A stretch of 63,214 bases of DNA, counting the filler, from Nemertoderma westbladi (Eukaryota > Animalia > Xenacoelomorpha), in assembly GCA_032718475.1 (NCBI GenBank). It is 3 parts of 3 records of this genome, joined end to end, with 100 filler letters (N's around TTAATTAATTAA, not from the genome) between each part and the next. Parts side by side here need not be neighbours in the genome. Positions count along the whole stretch, not along the records: positions 23,262 to 50,373 come from JAUCBJ010002955.1; positions 50,474 to 63,214 come from JAUCBJ010004369.1; 1 more part is not named here. One strand, 5' to 3'. A program made the position numbers and the translations under genes. Under the pieces are notes generated by a model. It saw nothing but the letters and a program-made list of their open reading frames with translations, had not been told where the DNA came from and made no database searches. Shown here piece after piece: positions 47,062 to 58,227 of the stretch. Position 1 is the stretch's first letter; each line of letters starts with the position of its first letter.

Positions 47062-50000
47062 TGTTATAGAAATCTAGGCGATTTACCTATTATTAATGTT
47101 TGCTGCGGGGGGAGAATGGGAATCGCATTATTGGATACGGGAAGCAGTGGAGGAGTAATATCGAAGCGATTAACAAACCAAATTAACGGCAAACTGGTAG
47201 AAGAATCCAATGACGAACCAATCATAATGTTGAACAAGACGAAAGCTGTTACAAGTGGGAAATTTCTAACTACAATTAAGGTGAGTGGAACTGAGGAATT
47301 TGAATGGGAGTTCACGGTAGTTGATCGCCTTGTTGGTGATTTGGATTTAATAATTGGCTGGGATCTAATAAAAGGACTAAGAATGACAATTCAGTGTAAC
47401 AAAAATGGACTAACAGAAGTTTACCTAAACAATGGGGGTGACATGATTCTCTCTGCAGCTAGTTTTAGTGGACAATTGAGCGGTGACAAGGGGGAAAATA
47501 CATTAAAGATAGAAAAGTCCGACTTCTGTGCAAATTTCAATGGAAAATATTGGGAAGTTGAATACAAATTCGAAAAAGGTTCAGGTCCTGAGTGCCTATA
47601 TAACCGAGTTACTGAATATCGGATTCCCCCCGAATACAGAGCGAAGTATGAACAGGGTGTGAATGAATGGATTGAAAACGGGTGGTTGGTAGAGTACCCA
47701 GAGGACTGCAAGGGACTGATTCCCCTAATGGGAAAGTATGAGGAACGCAAGGACCGTGTTCGACCAATAATGGATTTTAGGGAGTTAAATGACTATATAG
47801 TTAAGCAACCAGGTGCTGATGCAGCTGCGAGTACAGAGAAATTAAGACAGTGGGCGCGAATGGGGGATAACACGGCAGTTATAGATTTAAAATGGGCCTA
47901 CATGCAGGTGCGAGTAGCCAAACATCTGCACCCATATCAGACAGTTATTTATCAGGGGAAACGATATGCAATGACACGATTAGGGTTTGGACTAGGGCCA
48001 GCACCTAAGATATTAGACAACATAGTGGCAACAACATTGCAGCAGAATGAACAGATAAAAAACGCAACGAGTCCCTTCCGAGATGACATATATATTGACC
48101 TGTCTAAAGGAGTCACAACAAAAACCGTGATGGAGCACCTGAGTAAGTATGGACTCTTATCGAAACCCCCAACTATGGTAAGTGATGGAGCTAGAGTGCT
48201 CGGAATATACGTGAAAGATGGAAAGTGGCGGCGTGACGCAAAAATCCCCAACCCAGAGAAAATAGAACTACAACTAACACACAGACAATTGCTGTCCTAT
48301 GTTGGTCAGATTCGTGGGAACTATCTAGTTGCTGGTTGGCTGCGCATTGCGCTAAGTTGGTTGCAAAGAGAGGCAGCAGATGTACCAATGGACAAACAAA
48401 TAGATCCCTCAGTTAGAGAAAAACTAGTAGAAATAATTGAGCGCATACAGCGAGAAGATCCTGTGAAGGGAGACTGGCCGGTTTCGAATGCAGGAGAGGG
48501 TGAGGTCTGGGCGGATGCATCAGACATTGCTACTGGGGCACTAATAAGAATCAGGGGAAAGACGGTGGAGGATGGAGCATGGCTGAGGCGGGATGATGAC
48601 CCTGAACACATAAACTCAGCAGAGCTCGCAGCAATTATACAGGGCATAAATATGTCAATAGAATGGGACATAAAGAAACTCAAAGTTTTCACAGATTCAG
48701 CCACTGTCTATGGATGGATTAAGTCACTATTAAGGGACGAGCATAGGCTGAGAACAAAAGGATTATCCAAAATGCTTATTCGACGACGATTAGAGTTAAT
48801 ACAAAAAACAGTTAAGGAATATGGGTTAGAAGTTGAAATTCAGTTAATCCCATCAACCAAGAATCTGGCAGACTCGCTGACAAGAATTCCAAAGCCATGG
48901 CTAAATCGGAAGTCACCTAAGGTGCCCATTACAGTGGCAATTGGTACAGGAGAACAAATTGAGAGTGATTTAGTGAGAAATGAAACCAATGTACTGGATG
49001 CAATCGAAGTAAATAATGTGGAACAAAGGGCTAAGGAAATTAGAAATCGAGTAAAAGTCATACATGAAATTGCACATGTAGGAGCTAAGAGACTACAGCA
49101 ACTGTGCTGTAAAAACAAGGTCCTAAGGAATGAAAGAATTGAGGAGGATGTGTTTAGGGACATATGTACAAAATGTATTGAATGTGTTAGTATCGATCCG
49201 ACACCAACAAAGGTATCTAAAGGAACAACCAAAACAAAAAGGGCCTGGCAACGGTTGTCAGTTGATTTTGTTGAAAATGGTACACTGAAATATTTATCCA
49301 TATTAGATTGCTGTACAAACTTTACCATATGGTATCGAGTCCAAAACAAGATGGCAGAGACTGCAATAAACAAATTGCAAAGATTATTCACGGAATGGGG
49401 GCCACCAGAAGAAATAACGGCCGATAACAATCCTTTTCAAAGCAAAGAGTTTAAAAAATTTATTGAGAAATGGGAAATATCACTAATACTAACATGTGCA
49501 TACCGGCCAAAGGGAAATGCAGTAGAACGTATACATAGAACGATTAAATGTTGGGCAGCGAGGTCAAAAAAAACGTGTGAACAAATAACGTTTTGGTACA
49601 ATCGAACAGTAGGAAAAGATGGTAAGACTCCATTAGAGAAGGTCATGGAAACGTACATTACCAAACTTCCAGGAATTACAGAGAGAATGAAACAACCAAC
49701 CGTGAACCAAAACATGAAAGTAGGAGATTTAGTTTATACAAAGCCCAAACAACACTGTAGGTGCACTGACCGCTGGAATGGACCAGTCCCTGTGGAAGCG
49801 GTACCAGATAATCGTTCGGTAATAATCAATGGGGTTCGACGCCACCTACAGGACATTAGGAGAATTGAAATGGATAAGAAATCCGCGGAAGTGGAATGTA
49901 ATGTAAGCATATCTAACACAAGTGATTCAGAGAGTGATGAAGAATCTGAGATAAATAACTTGTACATCTCGAGTGATGAGAGAGAAGAATCTGAAACTGA

Positions 50001-50088
50001 AACTATTCAGTACACTCCATACCCGGAACCGTACAGAACTCGAGCTGGCCGTCAATCGAAACAACCGAATAGATATATACCGGAATAG
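47014..50088 (+). CDS. pol: Pol (protease, RT, RNase H, integrase), in the -1 frame relative to gag
   Basis: PR LLDTGS; RT IDLKWAYMQV, RLGFGL and FRDD; RH ADAS, AEL, FTDS and NLADSLTR; IN HEIAH...CIEC, SVDF, TADN and AVER. Confidence 0.92.
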   Translation, partial: GKRVRGSAICASGRFPCYRNLGDLPIINVCCGGRMGIALLDTGSSGGVISKRLTNQINGKLVEESNDEPIIMLNKTKAVTSGKFLTTIKVSGTEEFEWEFTVVDRLVGDLDLIIGWDLIKGLRMTIQCNKNGLTEVYLNNGGDMILSAASFSGQLSGDKGENTLKIEKSDFCANFNGKYWEVEYKFEKGSGPECLYNRVTEYRIPPEYRAKYEQGVNEWIENGWLVEYPEDCKGLIPLMGKYEERKDRVRPIMDFRELNDYIVKQPGADAAASTEKLRQWARMGDNTAVIDLKWAYMQVRVAKHLHPYQTVIYQGKRYAMTRLGFGLGPAPKILDNIVATTLQQNEQIKNATSPFRDDIYIDLSKGVTTKTVMEHLSKYGLLSKPPTMVSDGARVLGIYVKDGKWRRDAKIPNPEKIELQLTHRQLLSYVGQIRGNYLVAGWLRIALSWLQREAADVPMDKQIDPSVREKLVEIIERIQREDPVKGDWPVSNAGEGEVWADASDIATGALIRIRGKTVEDGAWLRRDDDPEHINSAELAAIIQGINMSIEWDIKKLKVFTDSATVYGWIKSLLRDEHRLRTKGLSKMLIRRRLELIQKTVKEYGLEVEIQLIPSTKNLADSLTRIPKPWLNRKSPKVPITVAIGTGEQIESDLVRNETNVLDAIEVNNVEQRAKEIRNRVKVIHEIAHVGAKRLQQLCCKNKVLRNERIEEDVFRDICTKCIECVSIDPTPTKVSKGTTKTKRAWQRLSVDFVENGTLKYLSILDCCTNFTIWYRVQNKMAETAINKLQRLFTEWGPPEEITADNNPFQSKEFKKFIEKWEISLILTCAYRPKGNAVERIHRTIKCWAARSKKTCEQITFWYNRTVGKDGKTPLEKVMETYITKLPGITERMKQPTVNQNMKVGDLVYTKPKQHCRCTDRWNGPVPVEAVPDNRSVIINGVRRHLQDIRRIEMDKKSAEVECNVSISNTSDSESDEESEINNLYISSDEREESETETIQYTPYPEPYRTRAGRQSKQPNRYIPE

Positions 50089-50373
50089 GAGTTTTTCAGA
50101 AACTGGGGGAGATATATGAGTGGGGGGAGAAAGGACCGAAGTTCGGGGGACGGGGACTGAGAGGCTGAGACGACCGGATAACTGCCAGACTGCAGACTGT
50201 GGGTATTAAGGGTGGCAGGGAAGTGTACCGGTACGCAGTAGCTGAGTAGTGCAGTAGAGTAGTCCTGTAGTCAGCAAGTTAGTCAGAACGTGTGGTGGGT
50301 TATTGCACTATAATTATATTATATTGATATATACTTATTCATATTAACTAACTGAACGTTATACCTATCTTAT

Positions 50374-50473
50374 NNNNNNNNNNNNNNNNNNNNNNNNNNN
50401 NNNNNNNNNNNNNNNNNTTAATTAATTAANNNNNNNNNNNNNNNNNNNNNNNNNNNNNNNNNNNNNNNNNNNN
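50374..50473. other. Artificial contig spacer
   Basis: Same N/TTAATTAATTAA/N linker as 23162-23261. Confidence 0.97.
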
Positions 50474-50508
50474 ATAAAATACAAACCAAATGCTGACAAA
50501 CTACCATT

Positions 50509-50995
50509 AAGCCTAAATAAACTACAGGATGTGCAGATTCCGAAACTTGTTAGTGAGTATGCGTGCTAATACGGTAGCGCGGCTTATTCTTTTAAGGGGT
50601 TGACCTTACAACTTACGAGTTGCCCTAACTTACTAACTGGCACCTATCAGACTCTCTACACACACGGCAATTCTTCAGACCCAACAACAGCTAGGCAACA
50701 ATCCAGCCTACAAAATATCTAAATAATACTATTACGGTATCTGAACGGACTATACAGACAGTACAGTATAAACGCTGACGGACTACTATCAAGCCTAAAT
50801 AACCACAGTATATGCAGATTCCGAAACTTGTTAGTGAGTATGCGTGCTAATACGGTAGCGCGGCTTATTCTTTAAGGGGGTTGACCTTACAACTTACGAG
50901 TTGCCCCAACTTACTAACTGGCACCTATCAGACTCTCTACACACACGGCAATTCTTCAAGCCTAACAACAGTCAGACAACAGTCCAGCCTACAAT
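50509..50995. repeat. Direct tandem duplication, period 282 bp
   Basis: AAGCCTAAATAA...GCAGATTCCGAAACTTGTTAGTGAGTATGCGTGC...CACACGGCAATTCTTCA starts at 50509 and again at 50791. Confidence 0.85.
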
Positions 50996-52640
50996 GATCT
51001 GAACAATCTGAGCAGACTTACACGTCTTCGGCTCAATACTGGCCTACAAACAAATAAAACTTGACAGAAATAAGTAAAAATCTCAATAAAAAACCAGGGC
51101 TGCAGTCCCTGATTGATTATTAAGGCCTACTGGTATATAACAATCAAATCGAATAATGCTAATGTACTTGCACAGCAGTACCGGTTATGACAGTTGGGCC
51201 TACGGACCTACGGTAGTAGTACCGGTTATGACAGTTGGGCCTACTGACCTACTGGAGTGCCGGTATTTTCAATCTTATTGCTTACCGCAAATAAGATCGA
51301 TAGCTATTATTGTACGCGCTTTTATAGACCTTCAGCAGTTTAACCTGCCGAAATTTATATGTCTTTATTGATAATCTGCCTTTTGTAAGATGATAAGATT
51401 TAATACAAAACAAACCAAAAACATTAGCCGAAGCCAGTCCATGCGCGTCCAAATGACCCGTTTATAACACCGGGAGACTGGATTCGTGGGCTTAAATTTA
51501 TTTGCGGTCAAGCCTACTGTATTATTCGATTGATTATTAATATGTAATCTCTGACAAATATTATTCACTTTCGGGAAATATTAGCAGTTCCTTTTAGGAC
51601 GTGGCGCTCTACCTATGTAAACAGAGTTATGACTGATACTACACACAACGATATGGCTTAAATTTCAAGCATAGGGCGCATTCTTTAGGAATGCTTTATT
51701 ATCAGATCCAAATCACTTTACAATCACGCACGCTACCGGTAACGCACAACACTGCTCACTGATATGCCGACAGTTACTGACTTTGATCAGGTATAAAGAG
51801 ATACGCACTGGACTCAGGTAGTGTCTGTCAAACAACATTAGATTCACTACAAACACAATAATAAAGTCGCAATTGTTGTACATAACCCTTCTCTCTAACC
51901 TGTAGTGTATCAAGGATATTGGGAAAACGTGGGTTGATTATTGATATTCTTCAACTAATAACATCCAATTATACTGATACAAAATTACAAACAGTAAAAG
52001 CAGTATGACGGTAGGTTAAGATATAATTAGATTGCATTGAATTAAGATCGATATAAAGTGATATGAATCGAGTTGATTTGGATCGTTTAGTGATAATAGC
52101 TATGCTTTCTATAATTTTGCCTACTAATGTTCTTACAAAAAGGCAGAAAACATTTCGCTATATCAAAACGGTCTTAAAACACTGATAATAAAGTCTAAAA
52201 TCATAACAAAATCATAACAAAAGTCCCGTGACTTTAGCTCTCTTATTTCCCAAGAATCCCGTTCAACACATGTAATCAGCAGTGAGACAGGATAATTTCA
52301 GTTCAGTAGCTCGGGATTGGTCGAAATCAGAACTAACTCAACACAGGGCTATGGGTAACTGGGGCAACCTTCCCAAGCCGGCTGTCCAATCGAACAGCTC
52401 AGATCCCTCCTAAAGGATTCCAACGCCTTGGAGGGGGGAACTGGTTAGCAAAGAAAACAAATCAGTCATATCCCAGAAAAACCTTTACAGTAGGTTTCAG
52501 AGTATTTTAGCGTATGGGGGAAAAACTGGGTTGCGGGGCGAAGGGCCAGTTACATCCCACAGAAGCTTTTACACATTTTGAAATTTGATGCGATGCGGAT
52601 GTATAGGAGACTATGGGTCCTAGTCTCTCCCACACTCGGG

Positions 52641-53245
52641 CATGACCTACAATAGATACGACCCGCCAAGCCGCTGCAAGGCTCTTAAATTTAGTGGGCC
52701 AGTTATTTATCTTAGTTAGAATTCGAATTAAATAGCTCCAGTAGTATTCGAGTTATGCACACATATCAGCACCTATCAGAATTTTAAAAAGTCACTCAAA
52801 TACGCATCTATCCCTTTAAACACTTTTCATATAACCATATTATGATTACGTTTAATTAATTATTAATAATAATTTTGTGTCCATTAAAAATCGGTATTTT
52901 GACTTCTAATCTTATTTTCGAAATTGTTAATAATGAATTCAACACAGCAAAAAATAGTAATATATTTGGCTACACCAAAGTTTTTAGAGGAAGCGTATTT
53001 TGTGTCATTTTGTTCATGACCGAAAGGCGCTGTGAAATGGGTGTCAGGAACTCCTCATATCTCGAAAACCAATTATTGGCATCATCTTATAAAGGACATA
53101 AGTTTCGTTGGGGCCAGGTAGGCCAACTTTCCACGTGATAGACCTATTGTTTCAGGGAATCCAAATAAGAGAACAACCTGACCCATTAAATGGGCTTTGC
53201 AACAGCTTGGTGGGTCGTATCTACTGTATAATACTGTAGGTCATG
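52641..53245. mobile_element. MITE
   Basis: CATGACCTACA..TAGATACGACCCGCCAAGCCGCTGCAAG versus TTGCAACAGCTTGGTGGGTCGTATCTA...TGTAGGTCATG. Confidence 0.6.
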
Positions 53246-53627
53246 GTATAATTCTCCCCACGTGGGCTTTTTTTATATTTTTGTATTTTTGCTTTCATTC
53301 TTTAGCTGCAAGCGTTTAAAAAAAGTGTCTCCGTCGATATTGCACAAGTTACAGTACACTGCAGTTATTATTCAATCTTATAGTGATTTATAGGTACAGT
53401 TAGAAAGCTGGCCATGCAAGGATTCCAAATATGTATCACAATCTGAATTTCGTTTTAAATAGCTGAAATAAATATGATCGTTCAAATCTTGCATGGTTTT
53501 GCGCCTGCGCGAGGTTATTTTATTCTATTAAATAAAAACACCATATTCTAGAACATTTTGTTTATGTACGAATAATTATAGAATACTATGATTATAGAGA
53601 TAATGCATTGTTGCCCAGCTACGTATT

Positions 53628-54623
53628 AGTCGAGTCAATCTAGCAAAAAACCCATAAGTATTTCGCTATCAATCCGACCACATATTTTGGATTCTATATT
53701 ACCTTATTAATGACCAAAAAAAGTCTATAAAATTTTATTTTGCGGATCATATGTTTATTCATGGAAATTCTGCCTAAATTTGCATAACACAAGCCAAACA
53801 AAAGGAACAGTAGGGAAAAGTAAGTAGCAAATTGGTGATGTTCCAGAATAATTTAATTAATTTCACAATAAGCTGTGATTCAATGGGAAATTAGTAATAT
53901 TTACACTGGCGTGTTACATATTAATTGCTATATCTCGGAAACTAGAAGTCGCATCAAATTTTTAAATATATCAAAAACTTCATGATATATTAAGGTAACC
54001 GTTGTAAAAAAAATTATACAATTCCATTGCAAGGAAATTTTATAATTTCCATTAATGTTAGTGAAGATTTTTCACATAATTAAATTGTTATTGCTCTATT
54101 GATTTTAGGTGTAATTTATTTATTTGTTTGAGTTTGAAAACCACAATAGTTTATCATATAACAAATCAATTTTTTGGGGACAAGGGTTTTTGAGGTCGAT
54201 AAATCCGATGGCCGAGGTTACATCCACCCGTTTAGTAGAGAAGTTGTGTAAATAAGGTCCTTCCTTATATTGTACCAGCAAAATTGGTATTAAAAATGGT
54301 TAAATTATTAGACCAATTTCCGTTGCTCTGGAAACTAAATTGGTAACAATATAGAAGTGCATACTTCTGTCAATCGATACTCATTAGCGTAAAGTTTGTC
54401 TGTACCAAATTTGGAGAAAATCCCACTAATAGACCCCTTGTTGCTATGTAAAATCCATGTTGCTAAGGAAAGAAACAGGAAATTGAAGGTGATCCGCATA
54501 ATATATTTTTATAGACTTTTTTGGGGGCACTAACAAGGTAATGTAGAATAAAATAAAATTGGTTTGGATGAATTGCGAATTTGTTATGGGTTGACCCCCT
54601 TTTTCGGCTAGATTGACTCGCCT
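53628..54623. mobile_element. Non-autonomous TIR element
   Basis: CGAGTCAATCTAGC...ACCCATAA versus TTATGGGT...GCTAGATTGACTCG; internal inverted AAAAAAGTCTATAAAAT..TTTGCGGATCA. Confidence 0.6.
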
Positions 54624-54778
54624 ATATGGGATAAATAAAATGTTTCAGAATATGAGGAATTTATTAAATAAAATAAAATAGCATAGCGCAAATGCAAAAC
54701 CATGCAACTTTTGAACGCTCAAACCTCAGCTATTCTACGACTAAATTCAGATAGTGGTACATATTTGGCATCCTTGCA

Positions 54779-56140
54779 CACTACTACTTCTAGGATCGGC
54801 ATGCTGCATTTCAGCTGCATTTTTAAGAATGCTGTGCCGGCTTGTCGACAAAATTGCGCCGCCACAACTCCCTATCACCCATGACATTTGCTATATCATC
54901 CGCATCTTCAAGTCCAGTGTCCTTTAAGATGCGTCTCAAGAAAGTCATGGGCTGCCAAAGCACAAGATTATGCACGGGCTGGTCCTCACGGCGAAAGCAA
55001 TGTCCTGCAAAGCGGATGCGACTTTGTTCTAGTGTCAAGCTTGGGGGAACCAATGAGACACCTCCAATGTTATATAGTGTCTGGTTGGAGATGTGTGCAT
55101 TGTACTTGACACAATTAACCCGGCGTAGCATTCTGGTGAATGTGCCATCCAGAGATTTGGTGTCCTCAGTAGTTAGAGCCCAGCATGGACTCCCATAGAG
55201 GAGTACTGGAACTACTGCTGCTCTAAATAATCGGACCTTAAGTTTCCGATTAATTCTCGGTGACTTCCAAATCCTGGAATGCCTAGTCAAGGCTGCCCAT
55301 GCCTTTCCCTTACGTATTCGAAGGTCCTCACCTGACTTCCGTATCCATGATCCCAGGTAACAGAAGTCGTCCACATGCTCAAGCATACCATCCTTTGAGC
55401 TTATGCTCATCCGGTCAGAGACTTGCTGAGGACTTTCAAAGTTAAATGTCAAAATTTTGGAATTTTTGCAGTTAATAAAAAGACCAACACTAAAAGCAGC
55501 ATGTTCTAATGAGCTGAGGAGCCGTTGGGCTCCCTCTAGTGATTCTGAGAGTAATCCTAAGTCATCAGCAAAGTCTAGATCAGTTAGGTACTTGGCAGGA
55601 TTTCCTCGACTTCTGGAGCCAGTAGGTGGAGTTTGCATTACCCCATCATCATTATGATCATCTAAGGACATGCGTAGAACATAGTCAACCACAATTATGA
55701 ACAAGAATGGCGCAAGTGTGTCTCCTTGGAGGACGCCCCATAACACTTCAAATGGTTCTGTGTCACCGTCAACAGTAGACACAAATGTTATCGAACCATC
55801 GTATACTGATCTGATTGCTGCCATAAGTTCATCAGGAATCCCATATAATGAAAGTATGCTGAACATACGTGAGCGAGAGACTGAATCAGAGGCCTTGAAG
55901 AAGTCAGCAAAGAAAACAGCCAAATGCCTGTCTTTATTTTTTGATAACTCTTCAATTATCCTTCTAACTTCGAAATGCCAAAATGGGCTCCTTGGCCCAC
56001 GACCTTTACGGAACCCATTCTGATTTCCACGAGCAGTCTCTCAATGGGATCCCTGATGCGATTTAATAGAATTCTATTGTATAGCTTTGCAGCAATCGAG
56101 ATCAATTAGATTCCCCGAAAAGAACCATAGAATGTTAGGT
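54779..56140 (-). mobile_element. 5'-truncated RTE LINE with 10-bp TSD
   Basis: ORF 55923-54823 has FADFFKASDSV, GVLQGDTLAPFLF and LDFADDL. It has a (TAG)n tail and TSD CATCCTTGCA at 54769-54778 and 56141-56150. A stop and frameshifts lie in the 5' part. Confidence 0.93.
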
Positions 56141-57277
56141 CATCCTTGCATGGCCAGCAAGGTTGAAGGTTCGAGAATAACTGCGGTGAAAATGGTGCAA
56201 TATCGTCAGAGACACCTTTTTCAAACGCTTGTAGCTAAAGAATGAAAGCGATAATTAAAATTCTGGCTCACCCACGGAGGGGGAGGGAGGTGAAACTATC
56301 TCTGTTTCAAATTTCATGCATTAAGATTTGTAGAAAAACAAATTTGGGGGGGGGGGGTGGTTGGGGGCAGGTGCCTGAATAACGACACGACTGTGTGTAT
56401 ATTCCTGGACATGGTGTACAGTAGGCCTATACTGTATATGTATGCCTACAGTATGTCCAATAGTTATATATAGAAAATATAAAATAGCATTAGATAACAA
56501 TTTGTAGGTAGGCCAAACTGTATTGGTGATATAAAAATAAACATTTTTGCATATATGACGTAATTCTATTAATATACGATCGGTAGTACTGTAGGCTTAT
56601 GCCTAATGTCGTTGGTTACAGTGCGAGGATGAGTTCTATAAATTTATCGAACTGAACTTTGTGCTCCGTATCTTATTTCTTAGATGTAAAATTATTTTAA
56701 TTAATTGACCAAAGTTAATCCACCCGTTATATATTGCCAGTACAAACACATTCTAATAAGAAATAGGAATACTGTAGGCCTACAACTCGCATACTAAATG
56801 TATAAAAAAGTATTTGGGAAAGTTTTGTCCTTTAAGTCAATAAAATTACATGCTACAGTTAACTGTGCTGCAAAAGTACATTGCCTTCCAAGTATTTGTA
56901 TATAATATACAATAGGCCTACTGTATAAAATATGGGCCTACCGTTCCTACAGTTCACTTAACAAATCAATTAATGTTTTTTTACTTTTTTTATTAATTAT
57001 TGTCTAGTGTCGTAAAGTACTTTACTTCTCAGTTGATGAGCAACAACTACTGCCGTACATTTGTAGCCTATAGTACAGGATCAGTTACATCCATATCTAA
57101 AACATTTCAATAAATTTACAACATTATTTTTGTGAATGCAAAATACAGTAAGCTTAAATGGTTTGCTAATGACTATAGAAGAATAGTAACAAGTGTAGGC
57201 CTACAGTACTGTAGGCCTAAATAACAACATAACAATAATAATTGGCGAACCTACTGTATATCAATGTCCTTACGAAG

Positions 57278-57538
57278 ATGGATGCTGACATATTAATTTG
57301 GCTGCCGAATAACACAAACACATATCCCATTTTGCTAAACACTTCTCTAACAACAATTGATGCTGATGACATAGAATACCTTAAAGGTATTAAACAAGTC
57401 ATCAATCTTCTTACAGCTATCATAACAATTGTTGGTATTATTGGGAACATATTGGCATATCTGACAGTCAGCAGTTTGGCAATTCCATCACCAACTATTA
57501 TTTATATTAAATGCTTGGCTGTAGCGGATATACTTTCC
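57278..57538 (+). CDS. Class A (rhodopsin-like) GPCR, exon 1 (N-terminus, TM1, part of TM2)
   Basis: N-glycosylation sequons NNT and NTS, TM1 IVGIIGNILAY, TM2 CLAVADILS, then a phase-0 GTAAGT donor. Confidence 0.88.
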
Positions 57539-57780
57539 GTAAGTATCATGTGTTAAGATCAATATTTATCGATATGTAGGCCTATAATAACTAAATAAAT
57601 TACGGTAATATTAATTACTGTTATATTTTAGAATCTGAAATGCGATAATATTAATTCATATATATGCAGCATGGGGCCTACAATCAAGTCTTTATTCCTC
57701 AAAAGATAACTTTTCAATCTGAGAAAATATTTTAGTTAAGTGCAAAGTGTAAGACAACAACATCATGCCGGCCTATGTAA

Positions 57781-58091
57781 AGCCCCGTTCACAACCAACG
57801 GTGCGTGAGCGGTAAAGTAGTCTGGCGGTATTGAAGCGGTAAGCCAGCGGTACACTACCCGGAGCCCGTTCACACCCAACGGTACCGTTGCAGTAACTGA
57901 TTGTCTGTCTGTGGACTGTGAATTCAACAGGAAATTACATTAATTGTTTTAACATTGTTTAATTAAATGGGCTGCGGTAAACCGCGCGGTTTATCGCACA
58001 ACTACATTTTGGGTCGTTCACAGTCAGCGGTGTACCGCTGGCCCTGCGGTACACCGCGCGGTGTACCGTTCCGTTGGATGTGAACGGGCCT
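57781..58091. mobile_element. PIF/Harbinger MITE
   Basis: TIRs AGCCCCGTTCACAACCAACGG / CCGTTGGATGTGAACGGGCCT with TAA TSD on both sides. Confidence 0.85.
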
Positions 58092-58227
58092 TAATGCACG
58101 TACAAACAGTACAGTACAACATAATAATATGAAACATATTCCTTCTAATTTATTCCGCGCATAGGGGTATGCTAAGTAGTAGGTCTACAACGAATGTAGG
58201 CCTACAACTAACATATAGTCAGGTAGA

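Larger units (their letters stand above)
45855..50373 (+). mobile_element. Near full-length LTR retrotransposon, PR-RT-RH-IN order (Ty3/Gypsy-like)
   Basis: Direct repeats at 45855 to at least 46122 and at 50113-50373 (cut by the gap), PPT AGAAACTGGGGGAGA at 50098-50112, and open gag and pol frames. Confidence 0.93.

Noticed and set aside
47064-49967. Antisense ORFs over pol (likewise over SARDH, the channel gene and the 790-aa ORF)
   Set aside because: Shadow frames of real coding sequence with no independent evidence.
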